DNA of 64,000 nucleotides from assembly GCF_009914755.1 (NCBI RefSeq), contig NC_060932.1, one strand, 5' to 3'. The notes beneath the pieces were generated by a model. That model was not told the DNA's origin. It did not search any database and saw nothing but the letters and a program-made list of their open reading frames with translations. The position numbers were made by a program, and so were the translations under genes. The first letter of the stretch is position 1, and every line of letters begins with the position of its first letter. Of the stretch, positions 28,671 to 41,456 are shown one piece after another. Origin of the DNA: the human T2T-CHM13v2.0 reference genome, Homo sapiens.

Positions 28671-28700
28671 GATGGGTGCCAAGTGGACAAGGGGTAGGCT

Positions 28701-29149
28701 TGCAATGGTTAATTTTATGTGTCAACTTGATTGGGCAGTAAGGTACTCACATATTTGGTTAAACTTTATTCCATATGTGTCTGAAAGGGTGTTTCTGGAT
28801 GAGATACACATTTGAACCAGTAGACTCTAAAGCAGTTTGCCCTTCCCAGTGTGGTTGGGCCTCATCCAATTCACAGAAGACCTAAACTGAACAAAAGTAA
28901 GAGAGATTAGTTTTCTCTACCTGATGGTCTTTAATCTGATACAATGGTTTTTTTCATGCCTTTTGACTTGGACATAGACTGGAATTCTACCATTGTCTCT
29001 CCTGGGTCTTCAGTTTGCCTACTATAGATCTTGGGATTTCTCAGCATCCATGACCATGTAAGCCAAATCCTTATAGTAAATCTCTCTCTCTGTAGGAAAT
29101 ATATACATTTTCTATTGGTTCTATTCTCTGGAAAACCCAGACTAATACA
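28701..29149 (+). mobile_element. MLT2 LTR (3' LTR of the ERVL)
   Basis: tgcaatggttaattttatgtgtcaacttg...cccagactaataca, directly after the PPT. Confidence 0.9.
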
Positions 29150-31249
29150 ATTGGGAAATAAGAAACAGCGGAACAAGGCACTGGGGAAAATAGTGTAGTT
29201 CTGTCTTAAATGGGCCAATGTTTTTTTCAAGTTTGATAGAAAGATATTTTCAGACATCCAAGAAGTCAGAAAATTTATAAGCCAAATACATTTCATTTTT
29301 TCTTTTCTGCAAGTCTTTAGAAGTAAGTAAAACCTGAACATTATTTTTGTTCAACATTTATTAAATGTTAGTCTATATTCTGTGGCATATTCAAGATTCC
29401 CTGTTGGCTTTAGGTTTATTGGCCTGACTTGTTCTGAATTCATGGATGTTCTCTGCTTTCTCCCTTCCTGTGTTTCAACTCCTCAATACCCAGTGGGACA
29501 CTAGGTGTCAGGAGAGGAAACTTCAGCATGATTATAACACACTGGACTGGTTCCTAGTGCACAAGGCAACCATCACAATCCCCATGCTCCATGTTAGTCC
29601 TGATGAACACACACTCCAGCAGGCTCATCGGAACTCCTTTATTCCCTCTTGAGTGCCCAAGGAATACAACACCAATGAAGGACAAAACCCCAAATTTATA
29701 CTTTCACTGTGGTTAATTCTAGGCTCAAGAGAGTGTCTTGGATTAGGAATTACCTGAACATGTGGTACTCATCCAATTTTCTTGGAGTCACTGAACTTTG
29801 GTTTGTCCCTCTATGAATCTGGGCTAAACATGCCCGCTCTGCCTATCTCAGGAAGTTCTTTTCACAATTATTGAATTCACAAGTGAGACTGTCCTTTGTA
29901 AGGAGCTCTAAAAGTTAAAGATTTCTTTTATCTGATGAAACATTTGTCAATCAAAAAATCTAAAAAAATTTAGTGGACTCTGATTCCTACGTTTAGACCT
30001 TTTCAATATAATGCTATGAATAAACTGAGGTTAATATAAAATAAAATTACAGTGTAAACTTATAAAATAATCTGATATAAAATTGCAGATAAGGATACAA
30101 AAGTGAGAAATGAAGCTTGAGATAAAGTACATTAAAGGTCCTCTATTTTGGAGAGAGGCTGTTTTTTGGGGAGTACTGATACTGTCGCAAGTGTATATGT
30201 TAATACTAGTTACCTTAGTTAAAAATTTGATCTGGTAGATTCACAAAAAAATTGGATTTTCTTGTCATTAGGGTACAGAAAATAGAATAATACATATTTG
30301 TCAGTATAAAATAATATATTAATAATGAAACAATTTTTTAAAATTGAGAATTGCAGGAAATAGAAACATCTATTGTTCCTCCAGCTCACTATGTCACCTT
30401 CTCTCTCTGCCTTCCTAAGTAACCAGGGCCAAATGGTTTGGGCATAAGTTTTATCAAATCTTTGAGAACATAAATCCTAATGCTATTTATATTTAGAGAC
30501 TGTTTCAGATCATAGAAATAGATATATGAGACTGAATTGATGTTACACAGCTGAATAAATGATAGAAGCCTAGACACAGATAAGGAAATAAAATCTGTGA
30601 TCAGTTTCACCTGTGAAAATGTTCACGCAGGTCCAGGTAACTTATTAGCATACTAAATGTGACATTTCCACTACAAATGCTATCCAATGCATCATTTTGT
30701 CTAATAGCAAATATTAGTGATAAGTCAGATATTCTTAAGAGGGAAATAATTAACTAAAATAAAAACATCTCATAGTTACTTTTAAGAAAGATATATTTGC
30801 GCATGTCTAGAACATGTTTTGTTCTAGACAGAAAAAAATCATGGTACAAAGCAGTATATATGACATTATCCTCTTTCTGATAAACATAGCTGTGCACACG
30901 TTTGTGTATTATGCATCTGTGTTAAAAAAAATTCTAAAAATAGGCCATATGTGATGGTTAATCAGTGAATCAGGAATGCATATTTCTTTGAAATTATTTG
31001 AATTTCTCAGAAGTATGTATACATTTTTATTGTTGAATTTATAATTTTTCCTTAAGACTATCAGAGTAGTTATGGATTATAGAAATAGTATCAACATTAC
31101 AGTTTCCTTTCTTTGGAGTAAATTTAAATGCTTAAAAAATTTTAAGCCTATTTATATGAAAATCTCTCTGAGGGTATAACATTATTTCTCACCCTGTGTA
31201 ATCTAAGTTCTCATTGATAATGTTTCAGACTCTGGTCCAAGAGCTATAG

Positions 31250-31412
31250 TTGCTTAATGTTAATGTCCAACATCTTCATGGGTGTATTAATATCACCATT
31301 AAAAAATGAGCTAAAGCGTTTTGCTAAAATTTTACCAACAATAAATAGTGAAGCCAAGGTTTGTTCCAAGAACACTATGATTTCACAGCCTATGTTCTCA
31401 ACCATGATATTA
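31250..31412. mobile_element. MIR fragment
   Basis: aatagtgaagccaaggtttg..ccaag..tgatttcacagcctatgttctcaaccat. Confidence 0.45.
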
Positions 31413-32429
31413 ATTTAATAAACCTAAAATAAATATACCTAAAATAAATAATTTAAACCTAAAATTAAAATATATAGTATTTGATGAACATCTTACATTT
31501 TAACATTTTCTTAATAATTATCTAAATATTTAAACAGCCTAATTGATATACTTGGGGAAGTCTTAATATGCGTGAAATGATTATAGTGACCTTCACAGAA
31601 TTATGTCATAAATATTAAAAGAAGAAATTCCCTTTAGCATTTTACTTAGCACACAATATATTTTGTTTACTTCATGAGATCCTTGGAAAGCCTTTTGCTG
31701 AGATTTTGCTACAGTTTGTGCTTTGACTTCAAAATTTAAAATGTTGTTAACCAAGATCCAAGGTTTCCTGAAGAACAAAATTGCTCTGAACATCACACAT
31801 AAACTTTGTAATATACTGTGCTTCATTTCACCTAAGACCTTAGATTTCCTAGTAGCTGTTAATCCTCTTTGCTTGATAGAGAAAAGACTTTTGTAGATAA
31901 TACAGCCATACCTTTACTTTGCCCTAGAGTGGTTTGGTTGTAATCTAGAGATTATTGATTATCTTTCCTCTTCTATATCCTCTATTTCCTCACAGGGCCT
32001 AGAATATAAAATGGAAGGAACATTCCCTGAATGTAAGGTTGGCACAAAAGAGAAGTTCCTGTTGAATAGGAAACTAGGTAACAGCAACATGTTTTATCTA
32101 AAAATAAATAGTTGTGATGAGTAATTATACGATTTCAATTATTACCCCCAAATAAACATGAGTTGTAAAATTTTGCATGGGCAAATATTTTTGGCAACAA
32201 ATTAACAATGGGTAGTCAAATGATAAAGAGTTGTAACATCTTTTTGAGTTCTTTGCAACACGCCCAGCTTTGCCTACCCAGCCACAAATCTGGGTGCTTG
32301 AGGATCATGTGCACCTTCTTCCTGCTCTGTTCATAAGCCAGCATTAGTAAATCTTATCTAAGCAAACAAATTAAAAGTCTTACCTTGATATTTTTATTAC
32401 ATTTTTCATGAAATGAATGAACCTTAAGT

Positions 32430-33270
32430 GTTAGGGGCTCTCACATGTACAGATTCTTTCCCTTGTTAGCAGTGGCCTAGCCTATGTGTTTTGACAGTCA
32501 CATGTTTCTACAACTTTGCAAAAATAAAATAATTTACCACATTGAATGAATGCCAGTGACTTGTTCCATGCAACTTTCTTCACTGTACTTTCCCTCATAC
32601 CAGATACCTTTGGAGTGGCCACGTGTATTTGCTGATATCCAGGCAGGAGAAAGTGAGTCAGAGATACAGCCTGTAGTTTGGATTTCATAGGATATAGTGA
32701 TGTGCTTCACAGTCATTTCCACATGTAGTTAAGTTGTTTCTAGCTGTTCCAGTGTAGAAATGACTACTGGGAAACCTACCACTTTCCACTGTCAACTCAC
32801 TTAGTATTGTGACAGAAAGAGGCAAGAGCATAGGTTGCTTTGAAACTTGAATGTGTCCTAAGGTGTGCATAACTGGAAACTTGTGGGTGGTGGGGGAGAC
32901 GAAAGGACTTGAATACATGGAGCTGAAAACTAGTCTGTGGAAAATTCCTCCAAACTTCATTTAGGTACAATTGTACATGGAGAATTCTGTTGTCATTCAC
33001 AACAAGTCAAAACAGAAGTTACTTCCCAAAAGCATATACTAAGTAATGTGCATATACAGTTATTAATGTGCCATAAATACAGGATTTCTAAGAATCTCTG
33101 TGTTTCTTTGGTACAAATCTGTAACAGTACTATAAACAGTAACGTAGGCCTTAGGCATAGCCACTGTCAATAATAATAAAAAATTAGGTGACACTAAGGA
33201 AAAGATTGAATATTCTGTACCCATTTCATGGAAAATATTATAACATTATTATATGAAGCTTTCATTTTCT
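32430..33270 (+). mobile_element. Ancient hAT DNA transposon remnant (Tip100/Zaphod-like)
   Basis: ctaagaatc...ggaaaagattgaatattc...atggaaaatatt resembles a decayed hAT dimerisation domain (ERLNxLSILSIEN). Confidence 0.35.
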
Positions 33271-33590
33271 AAATATGAAAACATTGAAATGTCCTCACTT
33301 TTTCATTTTGTTTTTGAAATTATTCCACTTTAATGTGAACACTCTGTCCCATCTTCAGCTCCATATATTCTCTTGTCCTTGCCAGGTTGAATTTTTTCCT
33401 AAGTGAAGGGGGGGTATAGATAAATGGCTTAAGCCAATCTAATGGAATGTTACAATGGGTCTCTCTCTTGTTTCTCATTTACATTGGAGCAGTGACAATA
33501 GGTATCAACTCCTCCCAATTCCAGAATTAGAGGCTAAAGCATTATAAATGTTACAGACTTTCTATAAATAAATTTGTGACACTTACTAAT

Positions 33591-33630
33591 TGTATTAGTA
33601 ATCCTTCTCCAGAGAAATAGAACTAATAAG

Positions 33631-33679
<49 letters not shown>

Positions 33680-34165
33680 CCATCCTCCCTCCCTCCCAAA
33701 ACCAAGTAGGAGATTTATATGTATACAAAATGAGATATAAAATGAAGAATTAGCTCACACAATTATGACGGCTGACAAGTCCCAGGATAAGGTGTCTGCA
33801 AGCTGGAGACCCAGAAAGCCAGTGGTATAATTCAGTGCAAGTGTGAGGGCCTAAGAGCCAGAGGAGTCAATGGTGTAAATCCCAGTCCAAGGGCCTGAGA
33901 AGATGAAATGAGATGTCCCAGCCCAAATAGTCATGCAGGAAGGAAAAAAGAGGTGAATGCTGTCTTCCTCTGCCTTTCGTTCTATTCAGACCCTTGACAG
34001 ATTGGATGATGCCCACTCACACTGGGGAGGGCCATCTGCTTTACTGAGACCTCCAATTCAAATGTTAATTGCATCCTGAAACATGCTTGCAGTCACACCC
34101 AGAAATAATATTTCATATGGACACCCTATGGCTAGTCAAGTTGGCATGTAAAATTAACTGTCACA
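33591..34165 (-). mobile_element. MLT2B-like solo LTR
   Basis: tgtattagt...aaaattaactgtcaca; perfect TSD CTAAT at 33586-33590 and 34166-34170. Confidence 0.9.
33631..33678. repeat. (ATCT)12 tetranucleotide STR
   Basis: Perfect run inside the MLT2 LTR. Confidence 0.97.
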
Positions 34166-35029
34166 CTAATTAACCATTTTTAGACAATGCAAGTAAAGGT
34201 AGGGATTCAGCCATCAAGGGCAGAAATTAAGAAGAAATGCCTTTGGTGAATGCTATTGGAGTATTACAGCACTTTTCCAATGTAGCTTCTGAGAGGGTAG
34301 GAAGGGAATTCTTAGCCCTTCCTTCTATTAAAGCTAGAGAGTTTTTAAGGGCTAACAAAGACATAATAAATATGTCCTAAAAAGCTTAGAAAGAACCAAT
34401 TTCTGTTGTAACCCATACTGAGAAAATTTTAAAGGGAAAGACTGTGGCTGTCGCTCTCTCTTTGGTGGAAAGTAAAAAGAGTGGGATATATTGGAAGGCA
34501 GAGCACTGCCCCTGAAGACACAACAGTGTGCATAGTTCCTTGCAGTTCACTGTGGGTCACATAGGGAAGAAGCCATCATGTGTGTGGTTGTAAAAGATAT
34601 ATCATCCAAAAGATTGTCCTTCCAGGGATGAAATGACATTAACAGAAAAAAGCTGTTGCTGTTTTGTTGGAGGAAATTCAACCTCATATGCAGCTTGTCA
34701 TAGAGAAGGCACTCTCTGAGACAAAGAAGCTACAACAGAGGTTAACAGAGGGGACATCTACAAGGAGTCCATAAAATGCTCCCTAAAGAAGACCAACATG
34801 AGCACAAATGACAGATCATGACTGTTCGTGACAAGAAAAGTCTGTGCTGTGCTGCCTATGACTTTTCCCTACCCCTACTCCTGCACCTTACAGGATCCAA
34901 GGCTGCAGGTCTCCTAAATTCAACTTAGAATAAAAGAAAGTGATCCCTAATACATCCTTCTGATTCCAGCCTAATGTAGGTTTTTCAGCCTACTGCCTCC
35001 CGCAACTAGCAAAGTTAAAAGTCTTTACT

Positions 35030-35031
<2 letters not shown>

Positions 35032-35064
<33 letters not shown>
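35032..35064. repeat. Poly(A)33
   Basis: Mononucleotide run. Confidence 0.95.
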
Positions 35065-35066
<2 letters not shown>

Positions 35067-35479
35067 CAAAATCAGATTTAAATGGACTGGAGCCTCATTG
35101 TTACAGACATAAACTAAAAGATATCAAGAGGGCTGGATCAGAAATTTGGAAGCAAAGTGTTTTGTCTAGCAATAGTCACTAAAGTCAAGGAACCCATAGA
35201 TGGAACAAAGAACCTTATTGCTCTTATCACCTTTCTCCCTATCTCCTGGTCAAAAAATAAATAAATAAACATTGGAGTATTACAAAAGACAAATTGTTTA
35301 TATCAACATTAGCCCGTTGGACCTCAAGAACATTTGGGAAGAAGATATAGTACAGAACTAAAGGGGTGCAATAAAGGAAGAGAAGATGGTAGAACAAATA
35401 TGCGTTGCTCATTAGAATCTGGTGGAGGAATTTAAGTAAATGAACTCATTTTCATAGGACACATTCAGAATAAGAGATG

Positions 35480-36005
35480 AAGCCCTCAGCTGGACTGCTC
35501 AGATGCATACTTCTTAGTTCCCCTTGTCATCCTCTGGATCCCCAACATCCTTTCTCTTATTTTAGAGAGAGTGATCCTGTCTAAAATAGCTGTTTTTGAC
35601 ACTTGGACCTTTTTGTTCTAGTATTCACAGAGCTTTTTTAAATATTAGAACAGCATAACTTTATTTGAAGAATTACTTAATGTCAGAGGTAAAAAGAAAT
35701 TCATGTTTCACAGGAATGGCTGTCACTGAATGTATAGCAGAAGTTGGTGTATAAATACACCAGCTCCCCCACCTCTTGAGTGGGATAACTCTGTGGCCCA
35801 GGCTCTATATTAGATCCCAGAGTCTCCCAGTGGATCCAACTCCTTTTGATAATTATGCTAAATGGCTGGATAATGTACTTGTTTCTTTGGCTGCCTTCCA
35901 TCACCTATCTCTTGTCCTTACTCCTGTATATTATTTTCTGAGATAACACTTCAAAAAGATCTATGTTGCTTAAATGCCAAGGTATACAGGGATCTAAAAC
36001 TAAGA
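35480..36005 (+). mobile_element. LTR16-like (ERVL) LTR
   Basis: ggtgtataaatacaccagctcccc..gtgggataactctg..cccagagtctcccagtgga..ctaaga; 5' boundary approximate. Confidence 0.65.
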
Positions 36006-36919
36006 ATCTGATTTGGACTAAGTCCCTTTTAAGTATTATTGCCAGAAAGTAACATTATTCTATTAATATATATATACTTTATATATTTACATATATGTGT
36101 CTATATAAACATATATTTGTATGTATACACCTAGAGTTCACGTGGCTAGAGATTAGCTGTAGACCATGTTCCTTGCAGAAAACTTTCTATCTGTAGGAGA
36201 TTAATTCAAATTTAAATGTGTTCTTTTGTAAACAAAAATAAAGCCTGCCATGACGAGTGACTATACAACAGTCAGCTCCTCTACCATCAGAGGGTAAACA
36301 ATGACTTCCCTGCTTCTTCATTCCATCCAGATATGTCACTTGATTGGAATGAGTTATTTCTAAGAGCCACAGCAAATGTGCAATTTAACAAGGGTCATCT
36401 GATCACCAAAAAATCAGGCTGCATTTTCCCATAGAAATGCTATAGAAGAAATGAAAGTGACTACTAGAGACTGTTGGGGAAATTTTGTTTTAAGACAGAC
36501 TGAAATTCAGTTCAAGAAAATAGCAGGAGCATCTGATTCCATGGTAAATACTCGCCGTAGAAAAGTAGGGTATAGTTAATGTAATTACCAGTTTGTCCTT
36601 GGCATCTCCTCAACTGTTTACTCCAATCTGGACAAAAACAAAGCAACATGCAGTGTCATGGTATGATTGACCTACCATATTTTCCCCCTGACTTAAGTTT
36701 GGGGTGGGGTGGGGGGCACAAAATGGAAAATTATCTCAATAGTTTAGTGGAAGAAGAATTTAAGATGGACCAAAGTTTTCTTGTTTCTTCCTGGATTTTG
36801 GGGTTACTAGCCTATGGGTTAATTGCTACAATCCTACCAGTACCTTCAATAGGAGTAACTAGGAGCTGTTGAGGCTGGGGCGAGTATTTCATACTCTGTT
36901 CAGCAATCGATAAGAGTTT

Positions 36920-36974
36920 ACTTGTATAACACACTTGCACATGTAACCCTGAGCTTAAAATAATAAAAAGAAAA
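36920..36974 (+). mobile_element. Very short L1PA 3' terminus (~55 bp)
   Basis: cttgcacatgtaaccctgagcttaaaataataaaaag, flanked by aagagttt. Confidence 0.7.
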
Positions 36975-36984
36975 AAGAGTTTGA

Positions 36985-37293
36985 GGTCAGGTATGGTGGT
37001 TCATACATGAAATCCCAGCACTTTGGGAGGCCGAGGTGGGCAGATCACCTGAAGTCAGGAGTTCGAGGCTAGCCTGGCCAACATAGTGAAACCCCAACTC
37101 TACTAAAAAAATACAAAAATTAGCCAGGCGTGGTGGTGTGTGCCTGTAATCTCAGCTACTCGGGAGACTGAGGCAGGGAGAATCACTTGAACTCAGGAGG
37201 AGGAGGTTGCAGTGAGCCGAGATCACTCCATTTTTACTCCAGGCTGGCTGACAGAGTGATACTTTGTCTCAGAAAAGAAGAAAGAAAGAAAGA
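36985..37293 (+). mobile_element. AluS with (GAAA)n tail
   Basis: Full Alu; TSD aagagtttga at 36975-36984 and 37294-37303. Confidence 0.95.
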
Positions 37294-38889
37294 AAGAGTT
37301 TGAAAACAACTGCCCTATGCTCCTGGAAGACAGACAAAGATTGTCAAAGTAACCTACAGGAGACAATTAAGAAACTGGTCAGTTGATTCCAGCAATGTAG
37401 AAAAAATATTATTACAATGGGAATTAAGAGCCACCAGGGTTGTAAAGTGAGTTACTTGATAACAGCAAGGCATGTTAATGCACATATTCTCTTCTAACGA
37501 CTACAAGATACAATTAAGCTTTACTAGCTCATCAGGCCACCATGGCCCTCTAACTTAACTACAAAGCAAGGACAATCACTGAGACAAAAGTGACTAATGA
37601 AGGTGTCAGGAAATATGCACATATATGTGTACATGTATATGTGTGTATGTGTGTGTGCATGCGTATTTTCATCCCAAAACCACCCAACACAAATGCTATG
37701 GCTGTTGGTACTGCTAAAAAAAACAAAACAAATAGTCAAGCTTCTTTACAGCCAGAAAGGCCAGTTCATTGCAAAGGGCGAAGGGCATATGTCCATAGAG
37801 CCAGTGGCTTTATCCAACCCTGCTGCTTAGTGAGAGACTTGCCCCTAGCCAAAACCATGAAGAGGCTGCTTAGTTCTTAGGCTAAAACATTCTGATTATA
37901 TACAGCTGGCAGTAAGATGATGTATATTTCAGTAGAGCTTCATAATTTTGCTCACTTTCCATATGGAAAATGAAGAGAAAATAAATATTTGGCATTTACA
38001 ACTACAAATCAGATCATGTAAGTTTGTTGCATGTGCTACAAGGATCAATCCATTAACAGCTTATGAAATCAATTTTATGCTTAATCATCAGCATTTTCTT
38101 ACTTAGATTAAAAAATTAAATATACTTTTCTGAAACTTTATTAATTTTATATATGTGTATGTTTGTGTATGTACAGTCTGAGACAAAGTGGGTAGCACTC
38201 AAAAATTGTTGTAAGCTGTTGATCTCAGCTGCTTAAATACCAAAAATTTTAAAGGAATTTCTTTAAGTAGCATTTTATTTTTCTTCAATATCTGTAATTA
38301 TAGTATAAATATTTTCTTATCACAGGCCTAGCCCGTGAAACAATGATAAAAGTCACTGAAGCCTATTAACTCCAATTGAATCAGGGGTCAGAGAATAGAG
38401 TGTGTAAGAAAAATGTGAATAAATTCACAAGAGTGGGAAAAGACTGAGGCATTTATTACCTTACCTGTTTGGGGAAAATTAAGTGAAAAGCTACAATACA
38501 CTTCAAATTTAGTTCTTTAGTACCACTTATTTTCACCTGAGGAAACTGGAAGCATTTTAATTGATAATTTGTTTCTTCTCTAGATATTAGCTGACTCTCA
38601 TGAAGTAATAATCTTTTGCTGCTTCTAAGAATGTTTAAGATTGGTTTCAGTACTGTAAGTCTCAAGATCACACACTGATTCATAAATTCATGAGAGGCGT
38701 GTATTACATTGAGATGTCTTGAAAATACTGAGTAGTCAAGAGGAAAAATAACATTGAGGCAAAACTCCAGGTTAGATGCCATTGTATTATGAGATCTCCA
38801 AATGGTAGCAATAACAGACCGTCTAACTGTAGGATATTTTCTCAAGTTTGTAAATCGCTTGATAGTACGGTATATTTTTCTTTGCTTAA

Positions 38890-39890
38890 TTAATTGATTC
38901 AATGAATATTTATTGAGAACCTACATGATGCCAGGCATGTATCCCTAGATACTATAAAATCTAGGGATTCAGGCATAAGCAAGCATCATTCCCACTCTGA
39001 CGGTACTCTTGGACTTAGGAATGCAGATATGAAAACATGTACTTTCAGTGTTGTGTACTGTGCACACGAGCAATGAACAGAAATGGCCAAATTTTGGTCA
39101 CTAAAGAAGAGTGGTCAGGAAAGAAACAAAACAAAACATATAGTTTATGTGACTAGGGCAAATAGTAAAATTGTTAACAAGGAAAGAGAGAGACAAAGGA
39201 AAATCAGTGGTTGATGATATTGGAAGAAAGGTTTGAATCAAATCATATAGGATACTGACTACTGTCTTAATACATTTGGACTTCTTCCAGAAGAAACTGG
39301 GGAGCAGTTAATAGCTTGAAACAGAGAAATTATTTAATCAAATTTCAATTCAGAAAGTCTACTTGGGCTATAATCTGAAGAATGGAGTAAGGAGGGTAAT
39401 ACTTAGCATTAGGGAAATCTGTTGATACGCCGTTGTAGAAATTTCAGTGTGAAATTATCAACTATGACATAGGCAATGGTAATGAAAAAAATTGTTGAAT
39501 AATTCCATATATTATAAGGTGAGTATATGGACCAATATTCATAACTTTGATGTTAGCAAGGAGAGTTTTTTTTAAAAAAAGTCTAATGATTTTAGCTTGG
39601 ATGACTGACAATGATGTCTCATTTATAATTAAGATTGCAGAAAAATAAAATAGGTAGTGTATTTCTAGGTTAAAAAAAAAGCTTAACTTTTCGAGTCAGT
39701 GGTGGGGATGTCCAGTAATCAGTTTGCAATGTGAGCACAGGATGACAAGAATATACGTTTAGAAATGAAGCAATGAGGATTATTGATATTTAAAGAATTA
39801 GTGGAAGAAGAGTTCAAGCTAGGAAATGTCAAAAGTGGTTAGAGAATTGTGAATGAAAAATCAGAAAAGAATAACAGCATGAACGTCAAT
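38890..39890 (-). mobile_element. L2 (degraded)
   Basis: Antisense L2 3' end ttcaatgaatatttattgagaacctac..tgccaggca, followed by purine-rich antisense L2 body. Confidence 0.6.
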
Positions 39891-41267
39891 TCCATATACT
39901 GTTATTCCCCAAACTGCGGGATTTTAAAAAATCCCTGATAACCCCAGGATGTAAAACAGCAGTTCTTAAGAAATATACACAGAAAAAATACAAGGACTAA
40001 CCTGGAACTCTTTTATCCTTAAATGTATGCATAGGCAGGAAATGAATCCTGGAGAAGAATTGTATTATCAGTTACTGATGAATGTGGCGGGGAGAATTAG
40101 CATCAGGGAAGCCTAACATTTGATGTTAATTTTTCCAATGCACTTTTGCATATGCATATCTGTAAATGTGTTATTAATAATTTAATGTTTGTTTTATTTA
40201 TGCAATTTTTATGTTTTATACATACAAGTTAATTTTTATGTTTTTATATTTGTTCCAGTTGGCAAACTATGTGCCGTATCCAGCTTTAACAATATTCCAG
40301 GCAGCTCAACATAGGGAGGTTGGCCAGCTTCATAGTTGCTTGGAGGCCTACTTTTATTCCAATGTGCCCCACACTTTGGAGCATTCCAATAATCATTCTC
40401 TGTTTTCAACATTTTTAAACAATTCAGTTATGAATTTTATCAGAGTAAACAAGTGTGAAATGAATTTTCTATCACAGTTTAGGAATTCCAAGAGAGTGCA
40501 TAGATCAGTAGCATTGAAAGGCATTGGTGCTTCATGCTAAACTGCTTCTTTTTATTTAAGTAGACAAATTCCTTTGAGCACTATTTTGAAATCCCAAGGA
40601 AAGCAGTAGTTATAATTTTGGAGCAATATATCTCCCCTTCTCTAAGTACATTTCTCTCTTATAATAGTCTGGGCTATTTAAAATCATTCCCTGTATTTTA
40701 TGATTATAATTAGCTATTATATCATTTCTATTTATATAAATAGAAGACCATAATTATATTCATCAAACAATGAACACTGTTAAATTCAGTACTAATTTTG
40801 AAAAGTTTTTAATTGTTTAATGTTTGTAATACCTTATTTGGATAATTGATTTAAAGATATGTCATATTACTTCATTAATTTTTAAAATATTGAAACATGA
40901 AAAATTAAATATAACAAGCGGGTAAATATCTGTGAATATTTTTCATTCTGTCAAATTGCAGATTAGGTCCATTCTTGAAGAATACAAAAGTGGCCTACAC
41001 CTTTCAATGCTAACATTTAACAAGATTATCAAATCGCATATTCTCATAACTCACACCCTGATTATTTTACACATATACACTCACATTTAACATCATAACT
41101 ATTATTTGTTGATTCAGTGGATTTGAATTCAAATAGTTTGTGTGAAGAAAACTACAAAAACACCAGATTTTGTTTTTTTTCCTCCTTTTGTTTATTCAAA
41201 GACACTTGAAATAAGTTTTGGGCCTTTGATATAAGAAATCATTCTTTAAAACAAAGCTTTGTGTAAA

Positions 41268-41456
41268 TTTTTATTTTTAATTGACAAGCAATAATTGGCT
41301 ACATTTATCGGATACAATGTGATGTTTTGTTATATATATGTATACATTGTGTAATTATCATATCAACCTAATTCACTTATCCATCACCTTACATACTTGC
41401 CATTTTTTTCCCAGTGAGAACATTCAAATTTGATTTTTTGAATAGTTTTGAAAATA
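41268..41456 (-). mobile_element. L1MA-like 3' end
   Basis: taattgacaagcaataattg..tacaatgtgatgttttg..atccatcacctt..gtgagaacatt. Confidence 0.75.

Larger units (their letters stand above)
24489..28700 (+). mobile_element. ERVL internal region (RT, RNase H, integrase, dUTPase, PPT), decayed
   Basis: ttggagaatgac..ttattgtaagcttaacc (RT); HAQQKVSSAEEDYNDVDRMT; dUTPase-like IPLNWKLRLPP; PPT gtggacaaggggtaggct directly before MLT2. Confidence 0.88.

Noticed and set aside
33631-33678. (ATCT)12 as a known forensic STR locus
   Set aside because: The flanks do not match any core STR locus I recall, so it cannot be used to place the window.
34190-35270. Possible ancient LTR (also ~29380-29690 and ~60550-60730)
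   Set aside because: LTR-like composition, but no family or boundaries that I can support.
38456-38902. 148-aa minus-strand ORF (also the 157-aa ORF at 60799-61272 and the 127-aa ORF at 14398-14781)
   Set aside because: No recognisable domain or splice context; the 157-aa ORF lies in degraded L2. These are consistent with chance ORFs.
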